Source: Bacteroidia bacterium (GTDB lineage Bacteria > Bacteroidota > Bacteroidia > UBA4408). From it: DNA of 64,000 nucleotides. The notes beneath the pieces are model-generated. The model searched no databases, was not told where the DNA came from, and saw nothing but the letters and a program-made list of their open reading frames with translations. Of this stretch, positions 50,685 through 58,811 are shown one piece after another. The DNA lies in the NCBI GenBank assembly GCA_035439485.1, contig DAORKI010000004.1, positions 5,745-69,744 on the forward strand, read 5' to 3'. The position numbers and the translations under genes are program-made. Position 1 is the first letter of the stretch. Every line of letters starts with the position of its first letter.

Positions 50685-52754
50685 TTGAAAATATATTTAA
50701 ATCAGTTATTTCAACAAACATTGTTTCGATTTTCATTAAAACAATTAATTAAAATATTAAGCATTACCAGCATTTTTGCCATAACATGCTTGTTTTTAGT
50801 AAAAAATTGGCCCTCAATAATTCAAAACATTTCAGGTGAGATTTTTTATACTGGAGAAATTGATTTACTTGAATTTGCGCCCAACCATCCTGAAGTAAAT
50901 GTAAGCGCTTTAGAGCAGTTAAAAGGTTTCACAGCTCCACAATTTAAAGTAAATCATCAATTAATGCCTAACTTTTTATGGATGGATCCAACCTATATGG
51001 CTGGTTTATTACAACCAAATTACAAAATAAAAAATTGTGTTCCTTTATCAACAAAAATACAAGCGGAATTGGCCTTTTATTGGCATTATTATTTCTTGGT
51101 CAACAACAATTTAAAATTATATAAAAACTATAGGGACACCAATACTTTTGCAGGCTCTTGGGTTAACTATGCAAATTTACACCCTGAGCTTTCAACTGCT
51201 GCTATTAGTTTTTGGGCTCAAATACAGCCTTATAAGATAGGTGGAAATTGTAGCGCAAAAACAGCCTATATTGGTAACAAGGAACTACCTGATAGTTGTT
51301 ATGTGCATAACGAGAATAATGAATTAATTTCTAAAAAACATATTAGTCCATTAATCCCAATTGAATTATTACAATGCGATTTTCAAACCCAATCAATGTA
51401 TGTTGATTCATTATTAAATGTATTAAAACGTCCATTACAAATGATCAATGAAAATGGCGAAACATTCAGATTGTACAGTGATGAAATTTTAGAAAATGAC
51501 AATAGAATTTCAATCGAAAAAGAAAAATATGCAAACTTAAGTTGGAATGAATTTCAGGCCATAAAAAGAATTGAAAGAGAAATAGCCTATAAAAACTCAT
51601 TCATGTTAAAACCTAATTTACATAATTGTTTGTATACAGAGTATTCAATAGATGGGCAAAACAAATACAGACACAACTATAAAACTATGAGAGTTGTTAA
51701 TTCTAAAATCAATAATCAGTACTATTCTACTCCCGACTTTTATCCAAGGTATCCAAGCAATTGGAAGGACTGGAAAGGTCCATGGCATGGATTAAAATGG
51801 TTAGAGATCTGTAGAAAAACAGAAATTGATTTAGGAGACAATTTGTTTTCTCCTTTCGTAGCTGCTGGCTGGGATAGCACAGAAACTAATAATATAAGAC
51901 CAGCACAATGGTTAGGCTTACTAAAAATTTTAGGTGCTATGGGTGCTGAATTTTATTACTCTGGTTTTTTTAATACTGGCAAACAAGTTGCAAAACCAGA
52001 AAATTATGTTTGGCAAGCTGTTATGCCAGTTTATGCGCAAGGTGTAACTAGTTTTTATGAGGATATTTTAAGAAATGGAAATATTTATTTTAGTGAAAAC
52101 CTCATTCAATATCCCGAAAGTGACGTACCCGTAGTGATAAGAAAAAGTAAAAATAAAAAGATATGGGTTATTGCCTGTACTTGGCAAACAGGAACAAACT
52201 TCAACAATAACATTGGTCAAGAAAAAATAATTAAAGTAAATGTAGGAAACAAAAAAATAACCTTGAAAGCCCGGAGACAAGGAAGCGTTTATGTATACAG
52301 TGAAGAAAAAACTATGCCTTTATTCTATCAAATTGATGCATGGCATGAGTACAAACATCCCTATCATTGGTCAAAAAATATACAACTGGAAGCTGAGTTA
52401 TACCTTGATAACTCAAAATCAGAAAGCATCGCTGAGAATGACTACACTAAATTTGTTTCTTATGTAAACTTAAATTTGGAAACTGTTATTCCATTTGATT
52501 TCCATGGTATAAATAATCATGTTAAAACTATACGTTTTTGGGTGAGAAATAATGAAATTGAAAATAAAATGGATGTCTATTTGGATGAAATCAAAATTGG
52601 AGAAATAAAAGCTTTAAAAAAGAATGAGTTTATGATGTATAGTTTAAACCTTAATAATAATGAAATGAAGCTAAATAACGCCAAACATCATTTAAAAATT
52701 ATCAACTCGAGCAAATCAATAATGCTTGACAAAGTTGAATTGGAAATAAATTAA
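50685..52754 (+). CDS. hypothetical protein, 689 aa, N-terminal membrane anchor, no recognisable domain
   Basis: It is a long uninterrupted ORF with one N-terminal hydrophobic segment and is rich in Trp/Tyr/Asn. I recognise no motif. Confidence 0.5.
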   Translation: MKIYLNQLFQQTLFRFSLKQLIKILSITSIFAITCLFLVKNWPSIIQNISGEIFYTGEIDLLEFAPNHPEVNVSALEQLKGFTAPQFKVNHQLMPNFLWMDPTYMAGLLQPNYKIKNCVPLSTKIQAELAFYWHYYFLVNNNLKLYKNYRDTNTFAGSWVNYANLHPELSTAAISFWAQIQPYKIGGNCSAKTAYIGNKELPDSCYVHNENNELISKKHISPLIPIELLQCDFQTQSMYVDSLLNVLKRPLQMINENGETFRLYSDEILENDNRISIEKEKYANLSWNEFQAIKRIEREIAYKNSFMLKPNLHNCLYTEYSIDGQNKYRHNYKTMRVVNSKINNQYYSTPDFYPRYPSNWKDWKGPWHGLKWLEICRKTEIDLGDNLFSPFVAAGWDSTETNNIRPAQWLGLLKILGAMGAEFYYSGFFNTGKQVAKPENYVWQAVMPVYAQGVTSFYEDILRNGNIYFSENLIQYPESDVPVVIRKSKNKKIWVIACTWQTGTNFNNNIGQEKIIKVNVGNKKITLKARRQGSVYVYSEEKTMPLFYQIDAWHEYKHPYHWSKNIQLEAELYLDNSKSESIAENDYTKFVSYVNLNLETVIPFDFHGINNHVKTIRFWVRNNEIENKMDVYLDEIKIGEIKALKKNEFMMYSLNLNNNEMKLNNAKHHLKIINSSKSIMLDKVELEIN

Positions 52755-52820
52755 AATATGAACAAATAACAGTGCTTTTCATAAAAACTAATTTTTATTT
52801 TTAACCAATTTTAAATCTAA

Positions 52821-53489
52821 ATGGGTTCACTAAGTATACACTTTTTGTTTAATTTAACTACCATTTTTACATTTATTTGGATAGTTAAAAAATTTAATCC
52901 ATCAAGGATATTTGTTGCACTTTTAGCCATTTGGCTTCTAATTCAAAGCATACTTGGAATAAAAGGATTTTATATGAATGAAAGTACAATACCTCCAAGG
53001 TTTGTTTTGATGGTTTTGCCGCCTATATTGTTTATTTTAATCCTACTAAGTTCTAATTTTGGAAAAACTTACTTAAATAATCTCAGTTTAAAAAACTTAA
53101 CCCTTATTCATGCTATAAGGATTCCAATTGAAATAGTTTTATGGGCTTTATATGAAGAAAAATTGGTACCTCAATTAATGACTTTTGAAGGCGCGAATTT
53201 TGATATTTTGTCGGGTATATCAGCACCTTTTGTTTTTTATTATCTGCATAAAAATGAAAATTACAACAAATTTTTTCTCATTGTTTGGAATGTTTTTTGT
53301 TTGATATTATTGCTTATAATCGTCACTATAGCAGTGCTTTCGGCCCCATCACCTTTGCAGCAGTTAGCTTTTGAACAGCCAAACATTGGAGTTCTTCAAC
53401 ATCCATTTAATTGGTTGCCCTCTTTTATAGTTCCGGTGGTGCTTTTTTGTCATTTGGCATCCTTAAGATTATTAATCCTAAAAAAATAA
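52821..53489 (+). CDS. hypothetical integral membrane protein
   Basis: The 222-aa ORF has about six predicted transmembrane helices. It lies 66 bp after the 689-aa ORF and 4 bp before the Crp/Fnr gene. Confidence 0.45.
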   Translation: MGSLSIHFLFNLTTIFTFIWIVKKFNPSRIFVALLAIWLLIQSILGIKGFYMNESTIPPRFVLMVLPPILFILILLSSNFGKTYLNNLSLKNLTLIHAIRIPIEIVLWALYEEKLVPQLMTFEGANFDILSGISAPFVFYYLHKNENYNKFFLIVWNVFCLILLLIIVTIAVLSAPSPLQQLAFEQPNIGVLQHPFNWLPSFIVPVVLFCHLASLRLLILKK

Positions 53490-53493
53490 AAAA

Positions 53494-54114
53494 TTGGAAT
53501 TAAATGAACTCATTGAATTTAGGTCAATTCCTGATGTGAGTAAAAAATTAAGTGATTTTGGTGTAATAAAGATATTTCAAGAAGGGACCATCATTCTTAA
53601 TGAGCATGCCTATGTAAATGCCATTCCAATAGTAATTTCTGGAACTATCAAGGTAACGCAATCTGATTTTGATAATCGTGAAATTTTACTTTATTATATT
53701 AAACCTGGCGAAAGTTGTATTATGTCTTTTTTAGCTGGCTTACATCAAGATCAAAGTAAAATAAAAGCAACAGTTGAAGAAACAACCGAATTACTTTTAG
53801 TGCCGATTGAAAAAGTTAGTTTGCTCATTAAAGAATATCCTAGTTGGTTAGATTATATATTCAAGTTATATCATAAACGATTTGAGGAGTTATTAGAGGT
53901 TGTTAATGCTGTTGCTTTTAAAAAAATGGATGAAAGATTACTAGATTTTCTTCATCATAAAAGTGCTGTTATGAATCAAAAAATCCTACACATCACCCAT
54001 GAACAAGTTGCAAATGAGTTAGGAACAGCAAGAGTTGTAATATCAAGATTATTGAAAAAACTGGAAGAAGATGGAATTGTAAAATTAGGTAGAAATAAAA
54101 TTTCTCTTGTGTAA
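53494..54114 (+). CDS. Crp/Fnr family transcriptional regulator
   Basis: It has an N-terminal cNMP-binding beta-roll and a C-terminal HTH ('ANELGTARVVISRLLKKLEEDGI'). Confidence 0.85.
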   Translation: MELNELIEFRSIPDVSKKLSDFGVIKIFQEGTIILNEHAYVNAIPIVISGTIKVTQSDFDNREILLYYIKPGESCIMSFLAGLHQDQSKIKATVEETTELLLVPIEKVSLLIKEYPSWLDYIFKLYHKRFEELLEVVNAVAFKKMDERLLDFLHHKSAVMNQKILHITHEQVANELGTARVVISRLLKKLEEDGIVKLGRNKISLV

Positions 54115-54188
54115 CAAATGTAACTGTATGTAATTATAAAATATTGGAATTTTGTTTCATTAAATCATTAACTTAAAAATTTAAAATT

Positions 54189-54392
54189 ATGAAACCAAAC
54201 ATGGGAACAATCGATAAAGCAGTTAGAATTATTGCTGCTTTAGTAATTGCAGCACTTTACTTCGCAGGCATTTTATCGGGTACGATTGCTATTATACTTT
54301 TAGTAATTGCAGTAATTTTTATCATCACTAGCTTTATGAGTTTTTGTCCTTTATACTACCCTTTTGGGATTTCCACTCGTAAAAAAGAATAA
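54189..54392 (+). CDS. DUF2892 (YgaP-like) small membrane protein
   Basis: The 67-aa ORF has 'DKAVRII', two transmembrane helices and the C-terminal 'CPLYYPFGIST' motif characteristic of DUF2892, the transmembrane domain of the rhodanese YgaP. Confidence 0.65.
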   Translation: MKPNMGTIDKAVRIIAALVIAALYFAGILSGTIAIILLVIAVIFIITSFMSFCPLYYPFGISTRKKE

Positions 54393-54412
54393 ACAAATTT
54401 TAAAATTCAAAG

Positions 54413-54449
54413 AACGCAAAATCAATCAAATGGTTTTGCGTTTTTTTTT
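54413..54449 (+). terminator. Rho-independent terminator
   Basis: The stem is AACGCAAAA / TTTTGCGTT with a 12-nt loop, followed by T8. Confidence 0.55.
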
Positions 54450-54506
54450 ACTCTCAACAATACAGCAAATGTAACAAAAGTAACCAAGTAGAAATTTTGT
54501 TGGCTT

Positions 54507-54514
54507 TAACTTTG
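54507..54514 (+). promoter_or_regulatory. Bacteroidota-type -7 promoter box (TAACTTTG)
   Basis: It matches TAnnTTTG 20 nt upstream of the ATG at 54535. Confidence 0.3.
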
Positions 54515-54534
54515 TGCCTTCAAATTAAGCAAAC

Positions 54535-54753
54535 ATGATTTCTAAAATAACTAAAAACAAAATCACATTTTTGGGTGTGTTGTTTGGTGCCATAGGAGGA
54601 TACTTGTATTACACTCATGTTGGCTGTTTGAGCGGAACTTGTGCCATTACAGCAAGCCCAATAATGAGCACAATTTATGGTGCTGTTATGGGTGGATTAA
54701 TCTTTAATATGTTCGAAAAAGAACCTAAAAACAAAAATGATGAAAAAAATTAA
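54535..54753 (+). CDS. small membrane protein with C-x-x-G-x-C motif (possibly DUF6132-like)
   Basis: The 72-aa ORF has two transmembrane helices flanking 'GCLSGTC'. It overlaps the next ORF by 17 nt. Confidence 0.4.
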   Translation: MISKITKNKITFLGVLFGAIGGYLYYTHVGCLSGTCAITASPIMSTIYGAVMGGLIFNMFEKEPKNKNDEKN

Positions 54754-56347
54754 CATAATTATTTTTAGTTTGATGCTCAAAGGCTTCTCTATCATAGCGC
54801 AAACCTCTCCATTTGAAATTTATCTTGAGTCACAATCAATCATTGGTGTAAATGGTGTGCAATCTTATGCCTTTGCCCAACATAATGGAAAATGGCTTAT
54901 TATTGGTGGTAGAATTGATGGGTTACATCGTAGACAACCTTTTACTTCTTTTGACATTCCTGGACACAATACAAATTTAATGGTGATTGATCCAATAAGT
55001 AATCAAAGTTGGAGCGCACCATTAGGTAGCCTTTCGACCGAATTACAAAATCAATTAAGCTCTACAAATATGGAATTTTACCAGCAAGATAGTGTGTTAT
55101 ATATTATTGGTGGTTATGGCTATAATAGTTTAACGACAACAAGAATTACCTACCCAAATTTAACTGTAGTGAATGTTCCAAATGTTATTAACGCGATAAT
55201 AAATGGGACAGCTTTTAATAATTTTTTTCGTCAAATTACCGATAACAATTTTGCTATTACAGGAGGGCGTTTACATAAAATTTATGATACCTTTTATTTG
55301 GTAGGCGGGCATAAATTTGACGGCAATTATAATCCAATGGGTAATCCAACATACACACAAAGTTATAGCAATCAAATTAGAAAATTCAAAATTATTGATG
55401 ACGGTATAAACATTACTACTAATCACTTACCATACATTACCGATAATGCGAACCTGCATAGACGGGATTACAATATGAGCGCTCAAATTTTTCCCAATGG
55501 TCAAGAAGGATTAACAGCTTTTTCGGGTGTATTCCAAGCCGCAGCTGATATTCCATTTTTAAACTGTGTAAACATTGATAGTGCTGGATATACTGTAAAC
55601 AATTCTTTCGCTCAATATTACAATCACTATCATTGCGCTTACATGCCTATATATAGTGCACAATCTAACGAAATGCACACAGTATTTTTTGGTGGTATCG
55701 CGCAATATTTTGATAGCTTAGGAACTTTAGTTCAAGACAATAACGTTCCATTTGTAAAAACAATTGCTAGGGTGACTCGTGATCAAAATGGTATAATGTC
55801 AGAATATAAATTGCCCACAGAAATGCCTGGCTATTTTGGCGCTGGTGCAGAGTTTATAAGGAATAAAAACATGCCTGCATACAATAATGAAGTTCTCCAG
55901 CTTGATAATTTACCCAATGACACCAATTTAGTTGGATACATTTTTGGTGGAATAAACAGTAGCGCTGCCAACATATTTTTTATTAATACAGGAGCCGAAA
56001 GCAATGCAGCTAGTATAATTTATAAAGTGTATCTTGTAAAAAATACCTCTGTTGGAAATGATATATTAAATGCACAAAGTAAAGGCAGCTTACATATGCA
56101 AGTTTATCCTAATCCAAATCAGGGTAACTTAATGCTCAAATTTAATTTAAACCAAAAAGAAAAAGTTAAACTAACTATTTCTGACCTTAATGGGAAGCTT
56201 GTTATGGAAGAAAAAATTGCACAAGTTAACATTGGTGAAAATTTATTAATCAGAAAAATAGAAGCATTACAAGATGGAGCTGTTTATCTAATTACTCTTC
56301 AAACTTCAAAAGAAAAGTCAACACAAAAAATAATCATTAATAAATAA
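54737..56347 (+). CDS. Kelch-repeat protein with T9SS type A C-terminal sorting domain
   Basis: It has a signal peptide and Kelch-like 'GG' blades ('KWLIIGGRIDG', 'LYIIGGYGYN', 'FYLVGGHKF', 'VFFGGIAQY'). The C-terminus 'MQVYPNPNQGNLMLKF...YLITLQTS' is the T9SS sorting domain. Confidence 0.65.
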   Translation: MMKKINIIIFSLMLKGFSIIAQTSPFEIYLESQSIIGVNGVQSYAFAQHNGKWLIIGGRIDGLHRRQPFTSFDIPGHNTNLMVIDPISNQSWSAPLGSLSTELQNQLSSTNMEFYQQDSVLYIIGGYGYNSLTTTRITYPNLTVVNVPNVINAIINGTAFNNFFRQITDNNFAITGGRLHKIYDTFYLVGGHKFDGNYNPMGNPTYTQSYSNQIRKFKIIDDGINITTNHLPYITDNANLHRRDYNMSAQIFPNGQEGLTAFSGVFQAAADIPFLNCVNIDSAGYTVNNSFAQYYNHYHCAYMPIYSAQSNEMHTVFFGGIAQYFDSLGTLVQDNNVPFVKTIARVTRDQNGIMSEYKLPTEMPGYFGAGAEFIRNKNMPAYNNEVLQLDNLPNDTNLVGYIFGGINSSAANIFFINTGAESNAASIIYKVYLVKNTSVGNDILNAQSKGSLHMQVYPNPNQGNLMLKFNLNQKEKVKLTISDLNGKLVMEEKIAQVNIGENLLIRKIEALQDGAVYLITLQTSKEKSTQKIIINK

Positions 56348-56351
56348 TAAA

Positions 56352-56633
56352 ATGAATATCCAAGAATTAGTTCAGAACAAAAAGGGAACCATTATTGATG
56401 TACGTACCGACTACGAATTTGCAGAAGCACATGCCCATGGTGCAATCAATATTCCTGTATATGATTTTGCTGATAGTATCGAAGAAATTAAACAAATGAA
56501 ACAACCTATAATATTATGTTGTGCTTCAGGAGGAAGAAGTAATCAAGCTTTTAGGTTTTTATCGCAACTTGGCGTAAGCTGTGTTGATGCTGGTCCTTGG
56601 CAAAATGTATATCAATATCAAAACGAAAATTAA
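56352..56633 (+). CDS. single-domain rhodanese-like sulfurtransferase
   Basis: The 93-aa ORF has the active-site loop 'CCASGGRS'. Confidence 0.85.
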   Translation: MNIQELVQNKKGTIIDVRTDYEFAEAHAHGAINIPVYDFADSIEEIKQMKQPIILCCASGGRSNQAFRFLSQLGVSCVDAGPWQNVYQYQNEN

Positions 56634-56684
56634 ATAAGTAATAAGCTATAAATGAGAATTGTTTTTTAATAATTAAAATTACAT

Positions 56685-57005
56685 ATGATGATAAATACAA
56701 TAAAGAAACTATTTGGAATTGGGCCTGCTGCGAACTATGTTGATTTAGTTAAGGAAGGTGCTATAATATTAGATGTTAGAAGTAAAGGTGAGTATGCCAG
56801 TGGACATATCAAAGGTTCAGTAAATATTTCAGTAGATCAGCTAAATAACAACCTGGATAAACTAAAAGATAAGAACAAAGTAATTATTACATGCTGTGCA
56901 TCAGGTATGAGAAGTGCATCTGCCAAGGCAATATTAAGGGCTAAAGGTTACACCAAAGTATATAATGGTGGTAGTTGGTACAGTTTACAAAACAAAATAA
57001 ACTAA
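56685..57005 (+). CDS. single-domain rhodanese-like sulfurtransferase
   Basis: The 106-aa ORF has the active-site loop 'CCASGMRS'. Confidence 0.85.
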   Translation: MMINTIKKLFGIGPAANYVDLVKEGAIILDVRSKGEYASGHIKGSVNISVDQLNNNLDKLKDKNKVIITCCASGMRSASAKAILRAKGYTKVYNGGSWYSLQNKIN

Positions 57006-57006
57006 T

Positions 57007-57249
57007 ATGTTTAAAGAAATATTATTTAGTGGTTGGCATTTCATGCGTTTTTTACGCCTTGGAATCGGTATTTTTATTGCTATTCAAGCCATTCAATTTC
57101 GTGATGCCTTATCAGGAATAATAGCTGCATTGTTTTTATTCCAAGCATTTACTAATACGGGTTGTTGTGGTGTAAATGGCTGTGTAACTAATCCTAATGA
57201 TGTGGTAAAAAAAAAGACACAAGAAGTTGAATTTGAAGAAATAAAATAA
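57007..57249 (+). CDS. small Cys-rich membrane protein (GCCGVNGC motif), unknown family
   Basis: The 80-aa ORF has two hydrophobic helices then 'TGCCGVNGC'. A 1-bp gap lies on either side, tying it to the rhodanese and OsmC-like genes. Confidence 0.4.
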   Translation: MFKEILFSGWHFMRFLRLGIGIFIAIQAIQFRDALSGIIAALFLFQAFTNTGCCGVNGCVTNPNDVVKKKTQEVEFEEIK

Positions 57250-57250
57250 A

Positions 57251-57661
57251 ATGGACTCACATTATTATAACGTTAATCTTAAATGGTTAAATAATCGAAC
57301 AGGAGAAATTAGTTCGCCCGAACTGCAAGATGTATTGCAAGTTGCAACACCACCACAGTTTGCCAAAGGAATTGAGCATATTTGGTCGCCCGAACATTTA
57401 TTCACTGCAGCTGTGAACTCGTGTTTTATGACTACATTTTTATCCATTGCTGAAAATTCGAAATTGACATTTTCCAACTTCACTTGTGAAGCAAAAGGAA
57501 TATTAGAACAAGTTGAAGGTAAGTATATGATGACCAAAGTAGACCTATTCCCTGAACTTACCTTGTTGTCTGGTTTATACCGATATGATATTTGTAATAG
57601 ACCAAATAAATTTGGTCTAACAAATGATCATCGGCATTTACCTCAGTTTGAAAGGGTCTAA
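57251..57661 (+). CDS. OsmC/Ohr family protein (putative thiol peroxidase)
   Basis: 'PEHLFTAAVNSCFMTTF' matches the OsmC signature 'PEELLxAAxxxCF'. A second Cys sits in 'FTCEAKG'. Confidence 0.7.
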   Translation: MDSHYYNVNLKWLNNRTGEISSPELQDVLQVATPPQFAKGIEHIWSPEHLFTAAVNSCFMTTFLSIAENSKLTFSNFTCEAKGILEQVEGKYMMTKVDLFPELTLLSGLYRYDICNRPNKFGLTNDHRHLPQFERV

Positions 57662-57836
57662 AGACCATTTCACTTTCGTATAAGATGAAGAAAAAGCCAT
57701 TCGAATTTTGCAAAAGTCAAAAGAAGCCTGCTTAATTTCGAATTCAATTAAATCGAACGTAAGTATAAACCCAAAAGTTTTAATTGCTTAAACATACTTT
57801 TTGCAGTTCGCAATTGGCATTGAATGTGGTGAGATT

Positions 57837-58763
57837 TTAAAAATAAAAAGGGTAAAATCGTTTCGAGTTAAATTCATAACAAGGCAAAGGTACCTTCAAA
57901 AAACCTATAGTTTTAAAAATACTCTCTAATGTTTTGTTTTTGGTTTTAATGCGCCATAAATTAATATCAAGTGCTGCATAAAATTCTCTTTCTCGTTTTA
58001 CGCTGCTGAAATCATAGTGCGCTCCATTACTTTCCCAAATATTATCAAATCCACCATACATACCTTTAGCCCCATACCCAAAGGCAATAGCTAACCAAGG
58101 TGGAAATTTATTACCAAGAGGCAAAATATCTGCAATAGCAGCAGACAACCAATAAGTTTGACCATTATAATCTTTCATAAATCTTTGTGCAAAACCATTT
58201 CCAAGCACATTTGGACGTGCTTGGGCATAAGGTGATGCTTGTGAACTAAATTTAAGCATAATAATTTGTTTATTAAATAGCTGTTGTTGTCCAGCTACAA
58301 GCGCATATCCACTCAGGTTAGCTAACATATCTCCATTCGAAAAACCCCATCCTTGCGAAAATCCATCAAATACTTCAATACTTGTTAAAAACATCAATCC
58401 CAAAGCTCCACCTAGCCAAGTACTTTTTGTTTTATCAACTCCTGACCATTTAAGCGCTTCTATGCCAACCAATCCTAAGTAATAAGCCGAAAAAGAATGA
58501 CCAATTTTATCCATCTGCAGCCATTCTTTATTATCATTAAAAAAGTGAAATTTTTCGCGGGGGTAATCCTTATACCAAAGTTGATTTAAGCCAACCATAG
58601 TTGCTGCGTACAAGCTTGTTTCAATTGCTATTACCTTTTTAAGCCTAGCTTTATTTATGACAGTTGAATCCTTTTGTTGTCCATTAGTTAAATTGGAAGT
58701 AAAAGTGAACATCCATATTAACCACCACAATTTAAGTCCAATAAGTTTTGATTTGATAAGCAT
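57837..58763 (-). CDS. hypothetical exported protein (possibly DUF2279-like)
   Basis: The 308-aa ORF has an N-terminal hydrophobic segment. It is rich in Gly/Trp/Tyr with no catalytic motif. Confidence 0.4.
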   Translation of the reverse strand: MLIKSKLIGLKLWWLIWMFTFTSNLTNGQQKDSTVINKARLKKVIAIETSLYAATMVGLNQLWYKDYPREKFHFFNDNKEWLQMDKIGHSFSAYYLGLVGIEALKWSGVDKTKSTWLGGALGLMFLTSIEVFDGFSQGWGFSNGDMLANLSGYALVAGQQQLFNKQIIMLKFSSQASPYAQARPNVLGNGFAQRFMKDYNGQTYWLSAAIADILPLGNKFPPWLAIAFGYGAKGMYGGFDNIWESNGAHYDFSSVKREREFYAALDINLWRIKTKNKTLESIFKTIGFLKVPLPCYEFNSKRFYPFYF

Positions 58764-58811
58764 GGATTACAAAAAAATTTCTACTTTTATGGTTTAAAAT
58801 TATTCACACAA

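Noticed and set aside
51240-51275. Walker-A-like 'GGNCSAKT' in the 689-aa hypothetical protein
   Set aside because: It is G-x4-A-K-T rather than G-x4-G-K-[ST], with no Walker B or other P-loop context. I do not call an ATPase.
57662-57836. Convergent intergenic region inspected for a bidirectional terminator
   Set aside because: Only short TTCGAA-type palindromes are present, with no convincing GC-rich stem followed by a T-run. I do not call a terminator.
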